A stretch of DNA of 64,000 nt from Thermoanaerobaculia bacterium (GCA_036406835.1 DASXAG010000047.1:6436-70435); one strand, 5' to 3'. Positions 17,313 to 27,620 are shown, counted from the first letter of the stretch. Program-made: numbers and translations. Notes: generated by a model from the letters alone, not told the origin.

Positions 17313-18640
17313 AGAAGCGGCGGCCGGCCGCTACCGCGCGGACGCGAGCGGTCGAGGGGCTGCGCAGGGTCCTGGGGTCGGGGGAGCGGGCCGGACCCCT
17401 CGCGGGCGAATTGGCGCGGGGCCTGCCGTCGCCCGACCAGGACCTGCTGCGCGAGCTGCTCCTCGGCGTCCTGCGCTGGAAGCGCGCGCTCGACGCGGAG
17501 ATCGCGGCGGCGTCGCGCGTGCCGCTCGGCAAGCTCGCGCCCAACCTGCTCGAGATCCTCGAGGTGGGCCTCTACCAGCTCCGCCATCTCGACCGCGTCC
17601 CCGAGTACGCCGCGGTCAACGAGGCCGTGGAGCACGCGCGGCGAAGCGGCGGCGAGGGCGCCGCGAGGCTGGTCAACGGGATCCTGCGCCAGATCCTCCG
17701 GACGCCGGCTCCCGCGCCGCCGGACGGCGCGGACCCTTCGGCGCTGGCGCTTCACTTCTCGCACCCGGAGTTCCTCGTCCGACGCTGGGCCGAGCGATTC
17801 GGAGCCGAGCGGACGCGCCGCATTCTCGAGCGCGACAACGCGGCGCCGCGCCTCGACCTGCTGACGAATCCGCGACGCGCCGGTCGCGACGCGCTGCGCG
17901 ACCGCCTCGCGGAGGAGGGCGTCGTCGCGGAGCCGGTCCCCGGCGCGCCGCTCGCGCTCTCGGTGCGCTCGGGCAACCCGCTGCGCTCGCGCCTGCACGC
18001 CGAGGGTTTCTTTTCGATCCAGGACGTCGGGTCCCAGGTCCTCCCGCTGCTCCTGCCTCCCGGCGGCCTGCTCGTCGACCTCGCGGCCGCTCCGGGAGGA
18101 AAGTCGCTGTCCGCGCTGGCGCACGGACGGGCGACGGCGACGGCCGCCGTCGACCGCTCGCTGCCGAGGCTGCGCCTCCTCGCGAAGAACACCCGCCGGC
18201 TCGGGTACGGGGAGGCGCGTCCGGTCGCCGGCGACGTCGCGGCGCCGCCGCTGGCGGAGGGGCGCTTCGACCGCGCCCTGCTCGACGCGCCGTGCAGCGG
18301 TACCGGGACGCTCCGCAAGAATCCCGAGATCCGCTACCGCGTGACGCCCGACGCGATCGAACGCCTCGCGCGTGCGCAGGAAGCCGCGCTCGAGACCGCG
18401 CTGAGGCTGCTCGCGATCGGCGGTTCCGTGCTCTACTCGACGTGCAGCCTGGAGGAGGAGGAGAACGAGCGCGTCGTCGAGCGCGTGCGCGAGCGCTTAC
18501 CGGCGTCGGGAATCTCGGTGGGCGTCGCCGCCATCGAGTCGCCGATTCCCGCGGCGTCGACCGCCGCCGGCGGCGTCCGGATCTTCCCCGACGAGACGAC
18601 CGACGGCTTCACCGCGCACCTGCTGCGCCGGGAGGGGTGA
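17309..18640 (+). CDS. rsmB: 16S rRNA (cytosine967-C5)-methyltransferase
   Basis: Part of track ORF 17066..18640. NusB-like N-domain, then DLAAAPGGKS, DRALLDAPCSGTGTLRKNPE and YSTCS motifs. GTG 17309 overlaps the fmt stop (GTGA). Confidence 0.88.
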   Translation: MKKRRPAATARTRAVEGLRRVLGSGERAGPLAGELARGLPSPDQDLLRELLLGVLRWKRALDAEIAAASRVPLGKLAPNLLEILEVGLYQLRHLDRVPEYAAVNEAVEHARRSGGEGAARLVNGILRQILRTPAPAPPDGADPSALALHFSHPEFLVRRWAERFGAERTRRILERDNAAPRLDLLTNPRRAGRDALRDRLAEEGVVAEPVPGAPLALSVRSGNPLRSRLHAEGFFSIQDVGSQVLPLLLPPGGLLVDLAAAPGGKSLSALAHGRATATAAVDRSLPRLRLLAKNTRRLGYGEARPVAGDVAAPPLAEGRFDRALLDAPCSGTGTLRKNPEIRYRVTPDAIERLARAQEAALETALRLLAIGGSVLYSTCSLEEEENERVVERVRERLPASGISVGVAAIESPIPAASTAAGGVRIFPDETTDGFTAHLLRREG

Positions 18641-18643
18641 CGC

Positions 18644-19576
18644 GTGAGCCGACGCGTGGTCTCCGGCGTGCGTCGAAGAGAGGTGAGCCTTCACACGGCC
18701 GCCCTCTGCCTGTCGGCGGCGCTTCTCGCTGCGCCCTCCCGGGGGCAATGCCCGCAGTGGACCTCGTCCGATCCGTCGGCGCTGCGCGCGGTCGCGTTGT
18801 TCGAGGGGGAAGCGGATCCCGCCGTCGCGCGGTCGATCGCCGCGCTCGGGGCGAACGCCGTCGCGAGCCTGAACCCACCCGATGCGGCGGCGGGCGCCAG
18901 CCTCGCCGCGGCGGGGCTGGGCTACGTCGCGCGCATTGCGGTGAGGGACGTCGAGAGGCTTCCGGTCGACCCGGACGCCGTGCGGCGGCTGCGGGCGGTC
19001 CCGGCGCTCGTCGGTCTCGAATATTTCGACGACAGCGTGACGGAGGGCTACGCCGCTCCCGAGACGCAGCAGCGCGCCTACGGGATTCTCAGGAGCCTCT
19101 TTCCCGATCTCCTCGTCCTCTACGCGACGCGCCTGGATCCGATCGCGACCGATCCGACCTACCTCGACGACTACTTCCGGCCGCAATTCACCGACCTCGT
19201 CGTGCCGTACTTCTATCCGGTCGGCGACACGATCCTGGGGCCCGAGCAAGAGACCGATGCCTGGGAGGATCGCCTGCGGGCGCTGCTCGCGCCGGTGGCG
19301 GCGCGGACTCCGGCGACGCAGGGGATCTTCCCCGTCCTGCAGGCCTTCGAGCAGGCCGGGTATCCGCTGAGCGGAGGGTTCCTGCGCCGGCAGGTCGGGA
19401 TCTACGCGGAGCTCTGGCCCGCCAATTCCAACGCGATCCTGTTCGCATGGTCGGCCGGCGACTCCTCGCGCGGGATCGACGAGAGCCCGGTCCTGCGGCG
19501 CGCCACGGAGTGGCTCTTCGGCGCGGTGCCGTCGGCCCCGCGGCCGTGCCTGCCGCCCGCGAGGGGCGACCGCTGA
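18644..19576 (+). CDS. hypothetical exported protein
   Basis: Track ORF with GTG start 3 nt after the rsmB stop. N-terminal hydrophobic signal (LHTAALCLSAALLAAPSRG). Coding-like composition. No motif I can name. Confidence 0.5.
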   Translation: MSRRVVSGVRRREVSLHTAALCLSAALLAAPSRGQCPQWTSSDPSALRAVALFEGEADPAVARSIAALGANAVASLNPPDAAAGASLAAAGLGYVARIAVRDVERLPVDPDAVRRLRAVPALVGLEYFDDSVTEGYAAPETQQRAYGILRSLFPDLLVLYATRLDPIATDPTYLDDYFRPQFTDLVVPYFYPVGDTILGPEQETDAWEDRLRALLAPVAARTPATQGIFPVLQAFEQAGYPLSGGFLRRQVGIYAELWPANSNAILFAWSAGDSSRGIDESPVLRRATEWLFGAVPSAPRPCLPPARGDR

Positions 19577-19610
19577 TGCGCCGTCCGTGCGTCGTGCCCA
19601 ATCGGCGCGC

Positions 19611-20273
19611 TCAAAGCGCGCCGCTCGACGGAGTCCCCGGCGCCGTCGCCGCGGGAGGAGTCGCCTGGTAGACGCGGCGGATCGTCAGGTCGCGCCGCCC
19701 GCCCTGGAAAGTGGTCGTCACGGTCAGCTGTGAATGGTCGGCGGTGATCGCGTAGGTCTCGGTGACCTTCGGGCCGTGCTCGGGCGTCGAGACGACCTCG
19801 ACGCGTCCGTCCTTCCAGCGCGTGACGACATTCGTCGTCCCGCCGTAGGAATGCTCCTCCTCGAGTTTTCGTCCGTCGGTATAGAGAACGCGCTCTCGTC
19901 CGCCGGCGTCGGTGATCGAGATCTTCGGCTCCTCGTGCCTGATGTCGAGGATCTGCAGCCGCATGCCCGACTCCTGCGCCGAGCTGCCGTCCTCGCTCAC
20001 CGGGCCTCCGCCTCCGTCGCCGGACGGCTGAGACCCGCGCGCGTGCCGGCCGCCGCCATGGCGGCCCATGCCCCCGCCTCCGCCGTGGTAGCCGGAGCCG
20101 GACCCGCCGCCGCCGGATTCGCGCGACGCCGACGCATCCGGCAATTCGCTCGCGTCCTTGTTGAGATACCACTTGCCCGTCAGGTTGGGCATCTCGATCG
20201 CGGCGGCGGCGGCCCCGCCGAGAAGCATCCCGGTGAGCAGCCACCCGACGCGGCCGAGGCAAACGGTGCGCAT
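19611..20273 (-). CDS. hypothetical secreted protein with Gly-rich linker
   Basis: Track ORF 19611..20387 trimmed to ATG 20273 (MRTVCLGRVGWLLTGMLLGGAAAAA signal, GAGGGGGG SD 8 nt upstream). Contains a GGGGSGSGYHGGGGGMGRHGGG low-complexity stretch. Confidence 0.55.
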   Translation of the reverse strand: MRTVCLGRVGWLLTGMLLGGAAAAAIEMPNLTGKWYLNKDASELPDASASRESGGGGSGSGYHGGGGGMGRHGGGRHARGSQPSGDGGGGPVSEDGSSAQESGMRLQILDIRHEEPKISITDAGGRERVLYTDGRKLEEEHSYGGTTNVVTRWKDGRVEVVSTPEHGPKVTETYAITADHSQLTVTTTFQGGRRDLTIRRVYQATPPAATAPGTPSSGAL

Positions 20274-20331
20274 GGTCGAATCCCCCCTCGATAGGCGTAC
20301 GCCGCGGGCCGGCCGCGGATTACATCCGTCG

Positions 20332-20337
20332 TAAAAT
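20332..20337 (+). promoter_or_regulatory. -10-like box TAAAAT 6 nt upstream of GTG 20344
   Basis: Only AT-rich hexamer in the divergent gap. No SD before the start codon. Confidence 0.3.
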
Positions 20338-20343
20338 CCGGCC

Positions 20344-21480
20344 GTGGCCGTCGTCTCGACAGCTCTCGTCCCCGTCATCGACCTCACCCGCTACGAGCCC
20401 GAGCTCCGGCGGGAGATCGCGCGGGCGGTCGAGTCCGTCTTCGCGTCGGGCCGCTTCGTCATGGGGCCCGCGCACGACGCCTTCGAGAAGGCGCTCGCGG
20501 AGCGGCTCTCGGTGAAGCACGCGATCGGCGTGTCCTCGGGCACGGACGCCCTGCTGGTCGCGCTCATGGCGCTGGGCGTCGGCGCCGGCGACGAGGTCGT
20601 GACGTCTCCGTTCTCCTTCTTCGCGTCGGCCGGTGTCATCGACCGTCTCGGCGCGCGGCCGGTCTTCGTCGACATCGATCCGATCAGCTTCAACCTCGAC
20701 CCTTCGCGGCTCGGGGCCGCGCTGTCCCCGCGGACGAAGGCGATCCAGCCGGTGCACCTGTACGGACAGAGCGCCGACATGGATCCGATCCTGGAGATCG
20801 CGCGCGCCCGCGGGATTCCGGTCCTCGAGGACGCGTGCCAGGCGATCGGCGCCGAGTACCGCGGCCGCGCCGCGGGGAGCCTCGGGACGATGGGCGCGTT
20901 CTCGTTCTATCCCACCAAGAACCTGGGCGCGGCGGGCGACGCGGGCGCGGTGACGACGGACGACGACGGGCTCGCCGCGCTCCTCCGGAGCCTGCGCCTC
21001 CACGGGTCCTCCGTCACCTACCACCACGACCGGGTCGGCGGAAATTTCCGGCTCGACACGATCCAGGCGGCGGTCCTCGGCGCGAAGCTGCCGTACCTGG
21101 AACGCTGGAACGAGCGCCGCCGCGCGATCGCGGCGCGCTACGGCGAGCTCCTCGCGAAGGCCGCGGCCTCCGGACGCCTGAGCCTGCCCACGGAGTCTCC
21201 GGGACGGCGCCACACCTACCACCAGTACGTCGTGCGCATTCCCGGCGGCTCGCGCGACGCGGTGCGCAAGCGGCTCGCCGAGCGCGGCATCGGCTCGTCG
21301 GTCTTCTACCCGATTCCGCTGCACCTCCAGGACTGTTTCCTGGCGCTGGGCGGCCGCGAGGGAGACTTCCCGCAGGCGGAGAAGGCGGCGCGCGAGGTGC
21401 TCGCGCTGCCGATGTTCGCCGAGCTGACCGGTCCCGAGATCGAGCGCGTCGCGGAGGCGCTGGTCGAGAGCCTCGGCTGA
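20344..21480 (+). CDS. DegT/DnrJ/EryC1/StrS family sugar aminotransferase
   Basis: Track ORF. GVSSGTDALLVAL and FSFYPTKNLGA (PLP lysine) motifs. Confidence 0.88.
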   Translation: MAVVSTALVPVIDLTRYEPELRREIARAVESVFASGRFVMGPAHDAFEKALAERLSVKHAIGVSSGTDALLVALMALGVGAGDEVVTSPFSFFASAGVIDRLGARPVFVDIDPISFNLDPSRLGAALSPRTKAIQPVHLYGQSADMDPILEIARARGIPVLEDACQAIGAEYRGRAAGSLGTMGAFSFYPTKNLGAAGDAGAVTTDDDGLAALLRSLRLHGSSVTYHHDRVGGNFRLDTIQAAVLGAKLPYLERWNERRRAIAARYGELLAKAAASGRLSLPTESPGRRHTYHQYVVRIPGGSRDAVRKRLAERGIGSSVFYPIPLHLQDCFLALGGREGDFPQAEKAAREVLALPMFAELTGPEIERVAEALVESLG

Positions 21481-21486
21481 TCCGCC

Positions 21487-22446
21487 CTACGGGCGGGGCT
21501 TCGAGGCCGCGTCCGTCCGCTCTCTGACCAGGAATCCCTTTCGCGAGCGCGCCGCGTCGAGCGTCCTCCAGAGATATTCGCCGAGCACGCCGAGCGACAG
21601 GAGCTGCACGCCCGAGAAGAAGGCGAGGGCCACCATCAGCGAGCTCCAGCCCTGGATCGGCTGGCCGTGCACGAGCTTGTAGACGATCAGGAAGATGGCG
21701 TAACCGAACGCCAGCAGGGCGAGCACGGCGCCGAGGACCGACATCCACCGCAGCGGCGCGTACGAGAAGGAGATGACGGCGTCGATGAAGTATTTGAGCT
21801 TCTTCGCGAGCGTCCAGCGCGACCCGCCGTCGCCCAGGCGCTCCTCGCGCGCGACGCGGTCGTAGGGGACGAGCGCCGTCGGGAAGCCGCCCCAGACCAG
21901 GAGCCCGGGCAGCGAGACGTGGATCTCGCGGTTCTCGACGAGGAAGTCGATCGCGGGCCGCCCGATCAGGAAGCAGTCGAAGCCGCCGGACGGCATCTCG
22001 GAGAGCGCGAGGCGGCGCAGCGTGCGGTAGTACACGCCGGCGGCCGCGCGCGCGGTCCAGCCTTCCGGCCGGCTTCGCCGCACCGCGAGCACCGCGGTCG
22101 CTCCCCGCCGCCACGCGGCGACCAGCTCGGGCAGGAGCTCGGGCGGCTCCTGCAGGTCGGCCGAGAGGACGGCGGCCGCCTGGCCTCGCGCCTCCCGCAG
22201 CCCCGCCGCGATCGCCATCTGCGAGCCGAAGTTGCGAGTGAGCCGGATTCCCCGCGCCGCCGGCCACTCCCAGGCAATCTGCTGGATGCGTTCCCACGAC
22301 GCGTCGCCCGAGCCGTCGTCCACGAAGATCGCCTCGACGTCGAAGTCCGCCGCGGCGGCGATCGCCCGGAGCCTCTCGGCGAGGCGGGGGAGGCTCCCCG
22401 CGTTGAAGTAGACGGGCACGATCACGCTGACGAGCGGGCGGTTCAC
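21487..22446 (-). CDS. family 2 glycosyltransferase, polyprenyl-phosphate sugar transferase type (ArnC/GtrB/CsbB-like)
   Basis: Track ORF. VSVIVPVYF, FVDDGSGD and SADLQEPPE motifs plus two C-terminal TM helices. GTG 22446 overlaps the upstream stop (GTGA). Confidence 0.82.
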   Translation of the reverse strand: MNRPLVSVIVPVYFNAGSLPRLAERLRAIAAAADFDVEAIFVDDGSGDASWERIQQIAWEWPAARGIRLTRNFGSQMAIAAGLREARGQAAAVLSADLQEPPELLPELVAAWRRGATAVLAVRRSRPEGWTARAAAGVYYRTLRRLALSEMPSGGFDCFLIGRPAIDFLVENREIHVSLPGLLVWGGFPTALVPYDRVAREERLGDGGSRWTLAKKLKYFIDAVISFSYAPLRWMSVLGAVLALLAFGYAIFLIVYKLVHGQPIQGWSSLMVALAFFSGVQLLSLGVLGEYLWRTLDAARSRKGFLVRERTDAASKPRP

Positions 22447-23609
22447 GGTCTCGCCCCCTCGCGTGCGGCGAAGAAGTCGCGGACGGCCTCGATCACCGCG
22501 TCGACCTGCGCGTCCGACAGTGTCGGGTAGATCGGGAGCGAGACGACCGAGTCGCAGGCGGCCTCGGAGACCGGGAAGTCGCCGCGCCGGTAACCCAGGA
22601 ACGCGTACGCCGGCTGGAGATGGAGCGGCACGGGGTAGTGGATCCGCGTCTCGACGCCGTGCGCCGCGAGGTGCGCCTGGAAGGCCTCGCGCCGCCCGCT
22701 CGCGACGCTCGCGACGCGGACGGGGTAGAGGTGCCGCGCGGGCACGGTTCCTTCACGGACGGCGAGGAGGCGGAGCGGCAGGCCGGCGAACGCGGCGTCG
22801 TAGCGCCGCGCGATGGCGCGCCGCCGGTCGTTCTCCGCGGCGAGGGTCGCGAGCTTGGCCCGCAGGATCGCGGCCTGCAGCTCGTCGAGGCGCGAGTTCC
22901 AGCCCTCGCGTTCGGCGTAGTCCCGCCGGGTCCAGCCGTACTGCCGCAGCTGGCGGAGCCGCTCCGCGATCGCCGCGTCCCGCGTCGCGACCGCGCCGCC
23001 GTCGCCGTAGGCGCCGAGGTTCTTCGTCGGGTAGAACGAGAAGGCGGCGGTCCGTCCCAGGCCGCCCGTCATCCTTCCGCCCACGCTCGCGCCGTGGCTC
23101 TGGGCGCAGTCCTCGACGACGGCCGCGCCGCGGCGCGCGGCCAGCGCGAGCAGGCCGTCGCCGTCGGCGGCGCCGCCGTAGAGGTGCACGGGCACCAGGA
23201 AGCGAACGTCCGGCGACGCCTCGCACGCCGCCTCGGCGCGGACGGCGTCCATCGTCAGCGTTTCCGGGTCGACGTCGCACAGGCGGGCGTCCGCTCCGGC
23301 GAGACGGACGCCGGCGAGCGTCGGGCCGCAGGTGTTCGCGGGCACGAGCACCGCGTCGCCGGGGCGGACGCCGGCGCCGAGCAGGGCGAGCGCGATGGCC
23401 TCGGTACCGTTGGCGCACGCGACGACGTGCTCGACGCCGAGCCAGCGCGCGAACTCCTCCTCGAAGCGTTCGACCTCTTCGCCCAGGATGAACCAGCCGC
23501 TCGAGAGGACCCGCGCGACCGCCGCGTCGATGACGGCGCGCTTCGCCGCGTAGTCCTCCCGCAGCGCGCCGAATGCGACACGGGGGGCGACGCTCTGGCC
23601 CGCGGTCAT
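22443..23609 (-). CDS. DegT/DnrJ/EryC1/StrS family sugar aminotransferase
   Basis: C-terminal 388 codons of track ORF 22443..23996. ANGTEAIALAL, FSFYPTKNLGAYGDGGA. ATG 23609 overlaps the upstream stop (ATGA). Confidence 0.88.
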   Translation of the reverse strand: MTAGQSVAPRVAFGALREDYAAKRAVIDAAVARVLSSGWFILGEEVERFEEEFARWLGVEHVVACANGTEAIALALLGAGVRPGDAVLVPANTCGPTLAGVRLAGADARLCDVDPETLTMDAVRAEAACEASPDVRFLVPVHLYGGAADGDGLLALAARRGAAVVEDCAQSHGASVGGRMTGGLGRTAAFSFYPTKNLGAYGDGGAVATRDAAIAERLRQLRQYGWTRRDYAEREGWNSRLDELQAAILRAKLATLAAENDRRRAIARRYDAAFAGLPLRLLAVREGTVPARHLYPVRVASVASGRREAFQAHLAAHGVETRIHYPVPLHLQPAYAFLGYRRGDFPVSEAACDSVVSLPIYPTLSDAQVDAVIEAVRDFFAAREGARP

Positions 23610-24169
23610 TCGCTCTCGCCGACCCCGCCCTCGGCGTCCATGCCGTAGCGCCGTCCGCAGGAGCAGGCCGCGTCCGGCCCGTTCTCGAACCGCAGCCCGT
23701 TGCCGCACCGGCAGACGTGGCCGTGCACGCGCGCGGGACTCCCGTAGACGAGCGCGAAGTCCGGGACGTCGCGCGTGAGGAGGGCGCCCGCGCCGACCAT
23801 CGCCCAGCGGCCGACGGTCACGCCCGGCAGCAGGATCGCGCCCGCGCCGAGGCTCGCGCCCGTGCGGACGCGCGTGCGCGGGTGCTCGGCCGGATGCTGG
23901 CGGCTTCGGGGACGGAGGTCGTTCGAGAAGGTCACGTCGGGGCCGACGAACACGTCGTCCTCGAGGACGAGCCCGTCGTAGAGAGAGACCCCGCACTTGA
24001 CCGTGACGCGGTCTCCGAGGACGACGTCGTTCTCGATGAAGCAGCGGTCGCAGATGTTGCAGTCGCTTCCGATGCGCGCGCCGGCGAGGATGTTGACGAA
24101 GGCCCAGATGCGGGTGCCGTCGCCGATCTGCGTCGACGCGACCAGTGCGGTGGGATGCTTCGAGATCAC
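23606..24169 (-). CDS. left-handed beta-helix sugar N-acetyltransferase (WbpD/WlbB-like)
   Basis: Track ORF 23606..24190. HPTALVASTQIGDGTRIWAFVNI hexapeptide repeats, FSNDLRPRS, and a C-terminal CRCG...CSCG tail as in WlbB-type enzymes. GTG 24169 preferred over TTG 24190. Confidence 0.82.
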   Translation of the reverse strand: MISKHPTALVASTQIGDGTRIWAFVNILAGARIGSDCNICDRCFIENDVVLGDRVTVKCGVSLYDGLVLEDDVFVGPDVTFSNDLRPRSRQHPAEHPRTRVRTGASLGAGAILLPGVTVGRWAMVGAGALLTRDVPDFALVYGSPARVHGHVCRCGNGLRFENGPDAACSCGRRYGMDAEGGVGESE

Positions 24170-24224
24170 GCTTCGCCCTAGCTTATCCAATCGCCGGCGC
24201 GGAACGCCGGCAGCCTGAAGGAAG

Positions 24225-25205
24225 TCAGAAGTAATCGGCCTCGTGCTCGCGGTAGAACGCGACGGTGCGCTCGAGGCCCTCGCGGAGCCCGACGCGCGGC
24301 TCCCAGCCGAGGAGCTCGCGGATGCGGGTGATGTCCGAGACGAAGTCGCCGGGCTCCTGCGCCTTGCGTTCCGGCGAGAACTCGGTGAATTCGATGCGCG
24401 CGCCGGGGACGAGCTCGACGAGGAGCGTCGCGACCTCGAGGAACGTCGAGGGGCGGTCGTGGCCCACGTTCAGGACCTGGCCCACGGCGCGCGGCTCCCG
24501 CGCGGCCCGCAGCAGCGCGTCCACGCAGTCGTCGACGTAGAGGAAGTCGCGCACGATCTTTCCCGTCCCGAAGATGGGAATCGGCCGACCCTCGAGCGCC
24601 AGCCGCACGAACCAGTTGACCACGCCGAACTGCGAGTGCTTCATCTGCGCACGCGGACCGTAGACGTTGGTCAGGCGGAGCGGCACGGTCCGGATGCCGT
24701 GGATCCGCGTGTAGGTCCGGCAGATCATCTCGGAGGACAGCTGCGAGATCTCGTAGATGCCGCGCGGGTCGGACGGCGCGTCCTCGGACACGGGCAGCTT
24801 CACCGCCGGCCCGTACTGGCCGCGGGTCCCCGAGCGCACGACGAGCGCCTTCGGGTTGCGCTTGCGGCACGCCTCCAGGACCGCGGCCGTGCCCTTGATG
24901 TTGATGTCGATGTCGGGGTACGGGTTCGACAGCGACATCACGTGCGAGACCTGCGCGGCGAGGTGGAAGACGACGTCCTGCCCCTCGACGAGCTGCCCCA
25001 TGACGGTCTCGTCGCGGACGTCGGCGAAGTTCACCGCGACGCGGTCCCGGATCGCGGCCACGTTCGCGAGGTTCCCGCCGTAGCCCTCGATCATCGCGTC
25101 GCAGAGCGTGACCCGCGCGCCCTGCGCGACGAGGCGGTCCGCCAGGTTGGAACCGATGAACCCGAGCCCTCCGGTGACCAGGACCCGCGCGCCGTCGTAG
25201 CTCAC
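24225..25205 (-). CDS. NAD-dependent sugar epimerase/dehydratase (SDR)
   Basis: C-terminal 326 codons of track ORF 24225..27533. VLVTGGLGFIGSNL Rossmann motif, YEISQ (YxxxK-type region). GTG 25205. Confidence 0.85.
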   Translation of the reverse strand: MSYDGARVLVTGGLGFIGSNLADRLVAQGARVTLCDAMIEGYGGNLANVAAIRDRVAVNFADVRDETVMGQLVEGQDVVFHLAAQVSHVMSLSNPYPDIDINIKGTAAVLEACRKRNPKALVVRSGTRGQYGPAVKLPVSEDAPSDPRGIYEISQLSSEMICRTYTRIHGIRTVPLRLTNVYGPRAQMKHSQFGVVNWFVRLALEGRPIPIFGTGKIVRDFLYVDDCVDALLRAAREPRAVGQVLNVGHDRPSTFLEVATLLVELVPGARIEFTEFSPERKAQEPGDFVSDITRIRELLGWEPRVGLREGLERTVAFYREHEADYF

Positions 25206-25212
25206 GCGCGCG

Positions 25213-25218
25213 ATTATC
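25213..25218 (-). promoter_or_regulatory. -10-like box GATAAT 7 nt upstream of GTG 25205
   Basis: Minus strand reads GATAAT CGCGCGC GTG. The box contains the TAA stop of the upstream gene. Confidence 0.3.
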
Positions 25219-27613
25219 GGGCAGAACCGCGCGGGGCCCGCGCGGGGCGGCGAAAGCGCGAGCCGGCGGCGACGGCCGCCGTGCCCAGGAGCGCCGCGAG
25301 CGTCGCCAGGCTGATGGCCGCTCCCGCGACGAACCCGTCGGAAAGGTACCGCAGCTCCAGCCGGTGCCGGCCCTTCGGCACGCGGAAGCCGAGGAAGGCG
25401 TGGTTGTAGGAGAGGGACGGGATCGCGCGGCCGTCCAGGCGCGCCTTCCAGCCCTTCCAGGCGGTGATCGACGTGCCCACGATGCACTCCTCGTCCGCGT
25501 CGACGTCCACGGTCATCGCCTGCTCGAGGTACGCGACGATGCGCACGCGGGCGGCGCCGTTCCGCACGAGCTGCTCCTTCGCGGGCGGCGGGGCGCCGAC
25601 GATGCCCCACTCGGAGAAGTCGGCGACCCGCGCGAGCCACTCGAAGTGCCGGGGCGCGTAGGACTCGTAACAGATCGCCTTCGGGACGAAGACGCGCGGC
25701 AGGACCCGCGTGTTCTCGAGCAGCCCGCCGCCGGCGTCCTCCGCGATCCGGGACCATCCGGCGGGAACGGGATAGCTGCGCGGAACGACCGCGTAGCGGA
25801 CGTTCAGGAAGGACAGGAACGGCTTCTCGAGATCGTCGACGCGGTTGTACCAGGCCGGCTGCGGAACGCACCAGAGACGGTAGGTCTCGTAGAACGCGTT
25901 CAGGGTCATCGACTCGTAGCCGCGCACGTCCTCGAGCTCGTACATCGCCGACTCGTTCGGGACGAGCATCTGGCCGACGCCCACGACCCGCTCGGGCCGG
26001 TCCCGCTCGATCGCGTCGAAGAGGGGCATGTCGGGAAAGAACGCGGACGAGGGGAGCGTCGGATACACGGACCCCGCCTCCGCGACGCGCGAGGCGAGGA
26101 GGAGGGCCACGAGGAGCGGCGCGGTCCGCCCCCAGGCCGCGCGGCGCCGCGCGACGAGCACCGCCAGGGCGCCGAGGAGGAGGGGAGCGAGGCCCCAGGC
26201 GAGGCGCGCCCGCGCGAACTCGGGCGGCATGAGGAGCGCCTCGAGCCCGGCCCGGCGAAATCGGAAGATCGCGAAGATCGCCGCCGCCGTCACCGCGGCG
26301 CCCGCCAGGAACGCGCCGGCGCCCTCGCCGCGGCTCAGCCTGTCGGCTCCCAGGGCGGCGAGCGCGCACACCGCGAACAGCGCGAGAAACACGAAGTAGT
26401 CCAGGATGCCGATGTCGAAGAGCGGCAGGCGCGCGACGAGGTCCGTCACCCCCTCCAGCCGGACCCAGAGGGCGACCCCGATCGCTCCGAGCACGAGGAG
26501 CGCCCAGCGATGGCGGCCCCGCGCGACGAGGCCCGCGGCGGCCAGGGGAAAGAGGAGCGATCCCGCGTAGGACGCGGGGACGCCGAAGTTCTCGGCCAGG
26601 AAGCTGCGTCCCGACTCGCCGTACGCGTAGGGCACCGCGAGCAGGATCGCGCGGCGCGCGCTCTGGAAGGGACTCACGGATCGGTGCGCGTGGGCGTACC
26701 ACGTGCTGCGGAAGGCGTGCTCCCACGTCTGCGGGATGGCCTCGAGCAGAGGAAGCAGCTGGACCGCGGAGAGGCCCAGCGCGACGACGCCGGACAGGAG
26801 CGAGAGGAGGACGGGCCGGAGGCGCCGCCCGCGGGGGGCCGAGGCGAGCTCGAACAGGAAGAAGATCCCGGCTCCCGCGACCGAGAAGAGGAGCGTCTCG
26901 GGATGGCCGGCCGTGACGGTCAGCGTGAGCGCGACGGCCGTCAGGAGAACCGCGCGACCGTCCGACGCGGTGACGAGGCGGCGGAGCCCGAGCAGGACGA
27001 GAGGGAACGGGCCGACGGAGTTCGCGAGCGGATAGCCCAGGTAGAAGACGAGGAAGTCGGAGAATCCCCATCCGACGGCGCCGAGGAGGGCCGGAGCCTC
27101 GCCGCAGCCGAGGTCGCGCAGGAAGAGGTACGCCGACAGCAGCGCGAGGAGGAGCCGCAGGCTCATCTGGAAGGTCCAGCTCTGCGCCGGAGGCAACAGG
27201 AGCCCGAGCCACGTCCCCGGGTGCGCGGCCGCCGGCTGCTGGACGGCGAGCAGCGGCTCGCCCGCGAGCACGAAGCGATTCCAGACGGGAACCCGTCCCT
27301 CGGTCACGGCCTCGCGGACGGCCTTCTGCCACGGCATCATCTGGGACACGACGTCCGAGAGCAGCGGCGTCCGGATTCGCGCGATTCCGTGGTCGAGGCG
27401 GCGGGAGCGGAACGGCTCGTCGTGGTACAGGATGTCGACCGGGCCGTACACCCCGCCGGTCAGCGTCGCGCGTCCCGTGAACAGGAGCGGCAGGAGCGCG
27501 AGGACGAAGGCGATCCGTTTGCGTACGGGCCACACCCAGCGGTGCGCGGCGGCGAGCAGGAGAGCCGCAGTCGCTCCGTAGAGAGCGACCGACGCGACGA
27601 CGAGCGGGAGCAC
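25214..27613 (-). CDS. large polytopic membrane protein, YfhO-like (GT-C fold candidate)
   Basis: Track ORF 25214..28033 trimmed to GTG 27613. About 500 aa of TM helices, then a soluble domain and a terminal TM (FVAGAAISLATLAALLG). This is the YfhO-family architecture. Confidence 0.6.
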   Translation of the reverse strand: MLPLVVASVALYGATAALLLAAAHRWVWPVRKRIAFVLALLPLLFTGRATLTGGVYGPVDILYHDEPFRSRRLDHGIARIRTPLLSDVVSQMMPWQKAVREAVTEGRVPVWNRFVLAGEPLLAVQQPAAAHPGTWLGLLLPPAQSWTFQMSLRLLLALLSAYLFLRDLGCGEAPALLGAVGWGFSDFLVFYLGYPLANSVGPFPLVLLGLRRLVTASDGRAVLLTAVALTLTVTAGHPETLLFSVAGAGIFFLFELASAPRGRRLRPVLLSLLSGVVALGLSAVQLLPLLEAIPQTWEHAFRSTWYAHAHRSVSPFQSARRAILLAVPYAYGESGRSFLAENFGVPASYAGSLLFPLAAAGLVARGRHRWALLVLGAIGVALWVRLEGVTDLVARLPLFDIGILDYFVFLALFAVCALAALGADRLSRGEGAGAFLAGAAVTAAAIFAIFRFRRAGLEALLMPPEFARARLAWGLAPLLLGALAVLVARRRAAWGRTAPLLVALLLASRVAEAGSVYPTLPSSAFFPDMPLFDAIERDRPERVVGVGQMLVPNESAMYELEDVRGYESMTLNAFYETYRLWCVPQPAWYNRVDDLEKPFLSFLNVRYAVVPRSYPVPAGWSRIAEDAGGGLLENTRVLPRVFVPKAICYESYAPRHFEWLARVADFSEWGIVGAPPPAKEQLVRNGAARVRIVAYLEQAMTVDVDADEECIVGTSITAWKGWKARLDGRAIPSLSYNHAFLGFRVPKGRHRLELRYLSDGFVAGAAISLATLAALLGTAAVAAGSRFRRPARAPRGSAR

Positions 27614-27620
27614 TGTCGCG

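Noticed and set aside
19604-19622. GGCGCGC-TCAAA-GCGCGCC hairpin as a convergent terminator
   Set aside because: The stem overlaps the stop codon and last codons of the minus-strand gene and has no flanking U-tract on either strand. The evidence is too weak to call.
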